From the IMG/VR virus record IMGVR_UViG_3300019890_000007, positions 1 through 46,300 of that record: DNA of 46,300 nt; one strand, given 5' to 3'. Position numbers and translations under genes: made by a program. Positions 40,879-46,300 of the stretch are shown one piece after another; position 1 is the first letter of the stretch, and every line of letters begins with the position of its first letter. The notes beneath the pieces are model-generated. The model was not told the DNA's origin, did not search any database, and saw only the letters and a program-made list of their open reading frames with translations. This DNA comes from a virus. Lineage: Duplodnaviria; Caudoviricetes.

Positions 40879-41076
40879 TTACTCATCCTGTGACTCCCAA
40901 ATAAGAGCTATAAAATAGATTATAGCAGTAAGCCACAATATGAAAAGCGTAGCCATCCCACTATAACATAATACTATCAATGAGGCAGGATTAAGGAAAA
41001 CATAAGCTGCCCAGCCTATACCTGCAAGTATAGTACAGATACACATTACTACAAGCGCTCTTAAATGTATATTCAT
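40879..41076 (-). CDS. small two-TM membrane protein
   Basis: hydrophobic; ATGA overlap with the upstream ORF. Confidence 0.65.
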   Translation of the reverse strand: MNIHLRALVVMCICTILAGIGWAAYVFLNPASLIVLCYSGMATLFILWLTAIIYFIALIWESQDE

Positions 41077-41243
41077 AATATCACCGTATATTTAACATTA
41101 GATAAATACTCTTTAAGAGCCTTTTTCAGTCTGCGTACAAAAGATCCCTTGCCTTTCTTAGGTATGTGTACTTTAGCTTTAGGTGCATTCTTATTGAGTC
41201 TACGTGACTTTAGTCGTTTAGGAATCACTTTATATTTACTCAT
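41073..41243 (-). CDS. ArfA-like (alternative ribosome rescue factor) basic peptide
   Basis: KVHIPKKGKGSFVRR resembles the ArfA KKGKGSY.RK motif; RBS AGGAGA before MSKYKV. Confidence 0.6.
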   Translation of the reverse strand: MSKYKVIPKRLKSRRLNKNAPKAKVHIPKKGKGSFVRRLKKALKEYLSNVKYTVIL

Positions 41244-41305
41244 AGCTTGTCTCCTAGTAAGAGGACGCTCTAACATTACAAATAAAGCTGGATTAAGTAA
41301 CATAA

Positions 41306-41887
41306 TCACCTCTTAGTCAATATCTCATCAATTAACCCATAATCCTTAGCTTCTTCTGCTGTCATGAAGTTATCTCTGTCTGTATCCCTTTCTATGACGT
41401 ATAAAGGCTGCCCTGTCAATTCCGATAGATGTCTGTTCAACCTGTCTTTCAACTTAGCCATATGAGCAGCTTGAATAGCTATGTCAGAAGCCTGTCCATG
41501 TGACCCACCAGATGGTTGATGTATCATGATCTCAGTATTAGGAAGTGCGAACCTCTTACCCTTGGCACCTGCTGCTAATAGGAATGACCCCATACTGCAC
41601 GCATGCCCAGATGCTATGGTGACTACATCAGGTCTGATGAACTGCATAGTATCATAGATAGCCATACCAGCAGTGATGTGTCCACCTGGCGAGTTAATGT
41701 ACAATGATATATCCTTGTCAGGATTCTCAGACTCAAGGAATAATAACTGAGCTGTGACCAGATGAGACGTGACTTCATCAATACCGCCATTAATGAATAT
41801 GATTCGATCTTTTAACAGACGAGAGAATATATCATATGATCTCTCACCCTTAGCTGATTGCTCAACTACTATCGGTACTAGACTCAT
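41306..41887 (-). CDS. clpP: ATP-dependent Clp protease proteolytic subunit
   Basis: [37 protein letters not shown] and [11 protein letters not shown]. Confidence 0.97.
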   Translation of the reverse strand: MSLVPIVVEQSAKGERSYDIFSRLLKDRIIFINGGIDEVTSHLVTAQLLFLESENPDKDISLYINSPGGHITAGMAIYDTMQFIRPDVVTIASGHACSMGSFLLAAGAKGKRFALPNTEIMIHQPSGGSHGQASDIAIQAAHMAKLKDRLNRHLSELTGQPLYVIERDTDRDNFMTAEEAKDYGLIDEILTKR

Positions 41888-41893
41888 AAGACC

Positions 41894-42082
41894 TCACTTT
41901 ACTACGTTAATTGGAGGAACAAAACCTACATAAGGACTGCCTTGTTCCATAATAGGCAAGACTGGATAGGAATCAGCCTCTGATGTAGCACACCCAGTCA
42001 ACTGCATTATTAGAAGAGCTGTAGCGACTATCAGTATTAATGTGATAGCATAGGCATACTTATCAGGATCGTTTGTACTCAT
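41894..42082 (-). CDS. putative small lipoprotein
   Basis: hydrophobic stretch ending in lipobox LTGC. Confidence 0.6.
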   Translation of the reverse strand: MSTNDPDKYAYAITLILIVATALLIMQLTGCATSEADSYPVLPIMEQGSPYVGFVPPINVVK

Positions 42083-42264
42083 CGTATACCTTCCCATGAT
42101 TGATTAGTCATTATCTGATGTATCTCTTCTGATGTTAATGTCTGAACAGGGCGTCTGTGATCTACATAATACCCCTTTCTGACTAATTCTCTTGCGTGGA
42201 CTCCACTGTGATCCGTGAATTGTACCCAATGCCCTGTGACCTCATTCTGCACCCAGTACTTCAT
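42079..42264 (-). CDS. hypothetical early protein
   Basis: GGAGGATTT-ATG leader after a promoter; MKYWVQNE. Confidence 0.7.
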   Translation of the reverse strand: MKYWVQNEVTGHWVQFTDHSGVHARELVRKGYYVDHRRPVQTLTSEEIHQIMTNQSWEGIR

Positions 42265-42284
42265 AAATCCTCCATTACATCCTA

Positions 42285-42312
42285 GGTATAGCACATTATC
42301 AGAAAATGTCAA
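42285..42312 (-). promoter_or_regulatory. sigma70-type promoter
   Basis: TTGACA-N11-TGTGC-TATACC. Confidence 0.7.
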
Positions 42313-42455
42313 GTGTACCCATTACCGTCTAATACGTCTAATGCCTGTGCAGCCAGTAACTCAGGTTCCGCATCACCTTCCATAATAAGATTTAATAGTG
42401 ACTTGACATCCTTTATTTGCCTGTCTGTCAAGATCTGTATGCTGATGTCTGCCAT
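42309..42455 (-). CDS. hypothetical early protein
   Basis: GGGGATTT-ATG leader; MADISIQ. Confidence 0.65.
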   Translation of the reverse strand: MADISIQILTDRQIKDVKSLLNLIMEGDAEPELLAAQALDVLDGNGYT

Positions 42456-42462
42456 AAATCCC

Positions 42463-42639
42463 CTATGATTTCCAATATAAACGAAGTAATAAAATATATA
42501 CCAAAACACTCACTACACCTGCTAGACCATATGAAGTAGAGCCCTGTGTTACGAGCTCAAGAATAGCAGATCCTGCAAAGGCAGACATCCCTATTATAGA
42601 TAAGAATATTAATACTAAATATAATGTTTGTTTATGCAT
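42463..42639 (-). CDS. small two-TM early protein
   Basis: ACAGGAGGATTT-ATG leader; MHKQTLY. Confidence 0.7.
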   Translation of the reverse strand: MHKQTLYLVLIFLSIIGMSAFAGSAILELVTQGSTSYGLAGVVSVLVYILLLRLYWKS

Positions 42640-42659
42640 AAATCCTCCTGTGTCTGCTA

Positions 42660-42687
42660 ATCTTAACACATTCTAGCTATTTGTCAA
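42660..42687 (-). promoter_or_regulatory. sigma70-type promoter
   Basis: TTGACA-N11-TGTGT-TAAGAT. Confidence 0.7.
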
Positions 42688-42946
42688 TAGTCTTTACGAT
42701 ATATTTATCTACTACTACCTTAGCATTATAAGCTGTTGATGCATAAGAACTTATCTGAACTACAGCACATCCCTGGAGCAATAACATACTGATCATCACT
42801 GGTAAAAGAGCGTTCATTAGTCATCTCCTCTGTCGGTCATCATCGCTAATTCAGCGTGTCTAGCGTCATAGTTGACGTCTACAGACACGAGCTTGACATA
42901 CTTCATTACTCTCTCTCCCATAAGATTAGTAATAGACTCATCAAAT

Positions 42947-43129
42947 TTAAGATTGATTTGCATATGCTCCCTCATTCTTAGAAGTCTTACTAGGTTTATT
43001 GACGGAAGAAAGCCATTCCTCAATCCTGTCTGATTTCTTAAAGATACCTTTTAAATCGGACAGACTGATACCATTCCCTATTAGTAAAAGCTGTCTTAAT
43101 TTCTTGAATTCTAATCGAGTCAGTTTCAT
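42947..43129 (-). CDS. hypothetical early protein
   Basis: AGGAG before MKLTRLEF. Confidence 0.55.
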   Translation of the reverse strand: MKLTRLEFKKLRQLLLIGNGISLSDLKGIFKKSDRIEEWLSSVNKPSKTSKNEGAYANQS

Positions 43130-43136
43130 AAGTCTC

Positions 43137-43268
43137 CTATTCAAAGTCTACTTGCTGTTCGTTTAATAATTCCTTAATTATAAAAGACTTCTTAATCTCT
43201 TGATCGTACTCATCATCTTTCTGAGTCTTGGTTTGTTCGAGCCATTTATCAATCTCTTTAATGTTCAT
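43137..43268 (-). CDS. 43-aa first gene of the leftward arm
   Basis: ACAGGAGGATTT-ATG; MNIKEIDKWLEQ...DFE. Confidence 0.65.
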   Translation of the reverse strand: MNIKEIDKWLEQTKTQKDDEYDQEIKKSFIIKELLNEQQVDFE

Positions 43269-43288
43269 AAATCCTCCTGTATGTATCA

Positions 43289-43316
43289 AGAATAGCACAT
43301 CTCTGGAATATGTCAA
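43289..43316 (-). promoter_or_regulatory. leftward sigma70-type promoter
   Basis: TTGACA-N11-TGTGC-TATTCT. Confidence 0.75.
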
Positions 43317-43370
43317 GTCTTTGTCAAGTATTTTTAAAAATATATATTATTAATAATATTTAATATACAC

Positions 43371-43398
43371 TTGACAAATCAGGATTATGTGCTATAGT
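43371..43398 (+). promoter_or_regulatory. rightward sigma70-type promoter 1
   Basis: TTGACA-N11-TGTGC-TATAGT. Confidence 0.8.
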
Positions 43399-43400
43399 TA

Positions 43401-43642
43401 TTAGACCATTAAGAGAGGATGGCTTGGGATAGATAAACGTGTTTATGTGGCGTGCACTGGCTTTCATAGTAGATGACGAATGTGACGGTACTCCTATCGT
43501 CAGAGAAGGGTTCAGGAATCCCTAGGATTAAAACCTACACGATAAGATCAGCACAGGAGTGCTAGAGAGTGTGGTATATCCACAATGCTCTCAAGAGTAT
43601 CTATGTCTAAATTTATGAGTCGGTGACAGATTGTCTCCGACT
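43401..43642 (+). ncRNA. candidate structured ncRNA A (unknown family)
   Basis: follows a promoter; no long ORF; end-to-end pairing plus serial hairpins. Confidence 0.55.
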
Positions 43643-43661
43643 AAAAAGATTAGAATATGAC

Positions 43662-43689
43662 TTGACAATTGATATGTATGTGCTATAGT
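43662..43689 (+). promoter_or_regulatory. rightward sigma70-type promoter 2
   Basis: TTGACA-N11-TGTGC-TATAGT. Confidence 0.8.
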
Positions 43690-43737
43690 AAGGATGCTAG
43701 AGCTCGAAAAGACAGCTAGGCAGCACATATAAAGCTT

Positions 43738-43964
43738 CTACCTATTCTGATCGAAGAGCGTCTGATTGATAATACGTGGCAAGATAGGACTTGCATGAGC
43801 AACCTATCCCATATCAGCCATACGTAATGCAGCGATGCGAGGTGTGAAAGTTGCTCATTAGTCGTAAGATTAAAAGTAGCACATCATGCTAACCAGACAG
43901 GTGCGGGTGAGTGAGGATTGGAAATCAGACAAGTCCCGCTAGCACTAATTATTAAGATAGGTAG
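43738..43964 (+). ncRNA. candidate pseudoknotted ncRNA B (unknown family)
   Basis: closing stem CTACCTAT/ATAGGTAG and several 6-9-bp long-range complementarities. Confidence 0.65.
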
Positions 43965-43980
43965 TTGATAGGAGATTGAT

Positions 43981-44214
43981 ATGACTTTATTAATAGCGAG
44001 TCTAGGCCTAATAGGTGCAGTCTCAGGGTTCACGAGTGGTTATTTATTCTACGGATACAGACAGTCTCTATTATTGAAGAATATACTCAAAAGTTATAAA
44101 GCATTGGGTTATGAGGTATTAGACGAAATTAATCCTCATACTCAAGCTAGGACTATCAAGATAAGTGAGAAGCCTGAGCAAGAGCCTCTTCATCTTAATA
44201 AGGTATTACACTAA
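43981..44214 (+). CDS. small membrane-anchored protein
   Basis: RBS AGGAG; N-terminal TM segment. Confidence 0.7.
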   Translation: MTLLIASLGLIGAVSGFTSGYLFYGYRQSLLLKNILKSYKALGYEVLDEINPHTQARTIKISEKPEQEPLHLNKVLH

Positions 44215-44408
44215 TGCGCTTACACATGAGTTTCTATGATTGGTATAGGTGGACTGTGTGCCCACCTCTCTATCCTACTGATGAAGAGATTCAGAATACT
44301 CTAGAAAGCTCTGTAAATAGAGATTTTCATAAGAACTTAGTCAGAAGATATGACTTATATGTACAAGATATAGTTAAAGAATTGAATAAACCTGAGAGAG
44401 AACTTTGA
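44214..44408 (+). CDS. hypothetical protein
   Basis: TAATG coupling to the upstream gene. Confidence 0.6.
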   Translation: MRLHMSFYDWYRWTVCPPLYPTDEEIQNTLESSVNRDFHKNLVRRYDLYVQDIVKELNKPEREL

Positions 44409-44507
44409 GTTTGACTCTACATACCCTCGGGCTATCAAAGAATGGGTAGAAGAAACCCTTACTAAAGACGACTCGTTAAATAAATCTTAAATATTTATTA
44501 AAAAGAC

Positions 44508-44535
44508 TTGACAAATAGAGAATCTGTGCTATAAT
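44508..44535 (+). promoter_or_regulatory. rightward sigma70-type promoter 3, consensus hexamers
   Basis: TTGACA-N11-TGTGC-TATAAT. Confidence 0.85.
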
Positions 44536-44634
44536 ACATAGATCATACAGACGAATGTCACAACAGGAAGAAATTCTTTTCTAAATACCTGGATTGTATT
44601 GATAATGAAAGAAGCTGTCAGATAATGACAGGAT

Positions 44635-44856
44635 TATACAGATTTTAAATCCTACTTAATGTGAAACCTGACGTCATGCGTCAGTCAGCCACTGGCAAGC
44701 AGTAGCTTAAGCGGGATACTGATCCTAAGAGTCTGACAAGGAGTCTATCGAGAGATACAACATCTCTACGACTTACCAGACCTAGATCGCTGAGACTCGT
44801 TTGAAAGCTGTTGATCCTTCTCAGCATTAGCCCTTAAATGGGTATTTTATTGTATA
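44635..44856 (+). ncRNA. candidate structured ncRNA C in the tRNA leader (unknown family)
   Basis: closing TATACA/TGTATA stem enclosing about five hairpins; no long ORF. Confidence 0.55.
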
Positions 44857-44897
44857 GAGTCTCACGCATGCTATTGAACCGTGAGACAAATTGTTAT

Positions 44898-44971
44898 TGC
44901 GAGATGGTGAAATGGTATCATTCGAGGCTCATAACCTCAGGTCACGGGTTCAAATCCCGTTCTCGCTTCCA
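44898..44971 (+). tRNA. tRNA with CAT anticodon (Met-type)
   Basis: acceptor TGCGAGA/TCTCGCT, D arm GTGA/TCAT, anticodon loop CTCATAA, T arm ACGGG-TTCAAAT-CCCGT, encoded CCA. Confidence 0.93.
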
Positions 44972-45131
44972 AATCAATCAGATAGACCACCTACGCCATT
45001 GCATACCGTCTAATAAACGGCTGGTCTAAGCTAATATGGCGCACCATTGGTATCAAGCTCAGTTGATCAGGAAGATACTAGACTTGACGGGCAGCAGAAT
45101 CCTGGGGTATTGAGTACTGCATGGACATGAG

Positions 45132-45413
45132 ATGAGCAAGAGTCATAAAAAGGTCAGGTACTCTCATAATTGCTCAGTCATTCACGGAGCTCAGACTAAC
45201 TACAACTTGGCTGAGAGACGTAAACGAAGACGTGACATTAAGAGAATCTTAAGACACGCTAGCCCTGATAAAGATATAATATTCCCGCCAGACAGACAGT
45301 ACGCTAATCCATGGTACAGCCCTGGTGATGGTGGGCACATAGTCTCGGATGAGACAAGAGATTGGTTGATAAGACAAGGCATATATAGATACGACAGATA
45401 CATGGCTAAATAA
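45132..45413 (+). CDS. basic Arg/Lys-rich hypothetical protein
   Basis: ORF track; MSKSHKK...RRKRRR...NPW..PGDG. Confidence 0.65.
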   Translation: MSKSHKKVRYSHNCSVIHGAQTNYNLAERRKRRRDIKRILRHASPDKDIIFPPDRQYANPWYSPGDGGHIVSDETRDWLIRQGIYRYDRYMAK

Positions 45414-45446
45414 GACAGATAACTTAACTAAGACACAAGAGGTATT

Positions 45447-45602
45447 ATGGAATTATTATCATTAGCAACATTAGTAGGATTAATCGTAGGCGTATTACTG
45501 GGTGATCATCTGAAAGCTTTAGTATTAGCTCTAGTAGTCAAAGCACATAACATATTACACGCTCTGTTCACGTCTACTCCTCCAGCTCCTCCAGCAGCAT
45601 AA
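45447..45602 (+). CDS. 51-aa membrane peptide
   Basis: RBS GAGG; MELLSLATLVGLIVGVLLG...PPAPPAA. Confidence 0.6.
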   Translation: MELLSLATLVGLIVGVLLGDHLKALVLALVVKAHNILHALFTSTPPAPPAA

Positions 45603-45603
45603 T

Positions 45604-45732
45604 ATGATCAGATTAGGTCACATGTTCATCCGAGACACTGAAGGTAACCTGATCCGACGTAGACTATTGTTCATTAGTCTACTGTCTTGGTCTTGGATGA
45701 TAGAGTTATATAGACAGAGATACAAGTTATAG
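45604..45732 (+). CDS. hypothetical 42-aa protein
   Basis: ATG 1 nt after the previous stop; MIRLGHMF... Confidence 0.35.
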   Translation: MIRLGHMFIRDTEGNLIRRRLLFISLLSWSWMIELYRQRYKL

Positions 45733-46232
45733 GACACCATACAGTCTAGTGCGATTTACGTCAGTGCTTATAGAGACTGATCATAGGATCGACAATAGGA
45801 TATTAAACAGTTAATGTGGTATTGATTCTACTGCCTATATACGTATAGAGCCTTGGACGAAGGATCAATAGAGCTCTTAGGGAAAGAGCATACCAGTCTC
45901 ACCTACTGCTACCTCTCTGGCATAGCTTGTCGAGAGACAGAAACAGGTAACTGATAAATACTAGATGAGGAACTACTCAAGGCTGAGTAGAGTGCTAAGA
46001 CATAGGACACGGGTATCTCAAGAGATATACCACTTAGCTATGGATAAACATGGACTATTGATATACATTAAGATAACATTAAGTCTTATACTAATCAATC
46101 ATATGAGCGTGTTCATACTATATACTCATATAATGTGTCGTGAGTTAGTCATCAATCATCACTCTCTCTCGTGCTATAGAATACTGGCGTCAAGACACAT
46201 TACTATATAGGAGCATAAGCAGTCTCTCTATA

Positions 46233-46290
46233 TAGACACCCCAGGGGGGGGGGTTTTAATACTCTGGTGACGTTAATACCTAGACACCCC
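46233..46290. repeat. TAGACACCCC direct repeat flanking a G10 tract
   Basis: copies at 46233-46242 and 46281-46290; G run at 46244-46253. Confidence 0.8.
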
Positions 46291-46300
46291 TAGAATGTGT

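Noticed and set aside
43401-44890. tmRNA, suggested by the ClpXP/ArfA context and the pseudoknots
   Set aside because: There is no GGGG 5' acceptor strand and no T-arm plus CCA tRNA-like end in any of the three blocks.
44838-45029. 63-aa ORF from the track
   Set aside because: It runs across the tRNA gene and has no RBS.
45965-46210. 81-aa ORF near the end
   Set aside because: It has no clear RBS and an atypical composition, so I could not support it as a gene.
1-46300. Alternative genetic code or stop-codon reassignment as the cause of fragmented genes
   Set aside because: All other conserved genes are intact in the standard code, and TAA, TAG and TGA all end genes. Read-through would not join the polymerase fragments.

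Overview
The window looks like most or all of an AT-rich, ~46-kb tailed phage genome, probably a podovirus with a P22-like tail hub and ejection proteins. The + strand (1-23.5 kb) carries a holin, the terminase subunits, portal, GroES, scaffold, capsid, tail fibres, ejection proteins and a virion lysin. The - strand (23.6-43.3 kb) carries lysis enzymes, nucleotide and accessory genes, a T7-like replication module (primase, helicase, family A polymerase, SSB, 5'-3' exonuclease, endonuclease VII) and small early genes. I saw no integrase or repressor. Five things stand out. (1) A region at 43.4-45.05 kb holds three promoter-driven, ORF-free, densely base-paired candidate ncRNAs, one with several predicted pseudoknots, plus a CAT-anticodon tRNA and a pseudoknot behind it. 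(2) The DNA polymerase is cut cleanly into three ORFs by two ~170-nt inserts, each holding a mini-ORF. (3) The phage carries a protein and translation quality-control kit: ClpP, a ClpX with rewritten substrate loops, a second ClpP-like protein, an ArfA-like peptide, GroES and an RNA ligase. (4) It encodes an SbmA/BacA-like transporter membrane domain. (5) CCGG appears to be absent while W-GAC/GTC-W words look enriched. All calls come from reading motifs by eye; no searches or folding programs were run.
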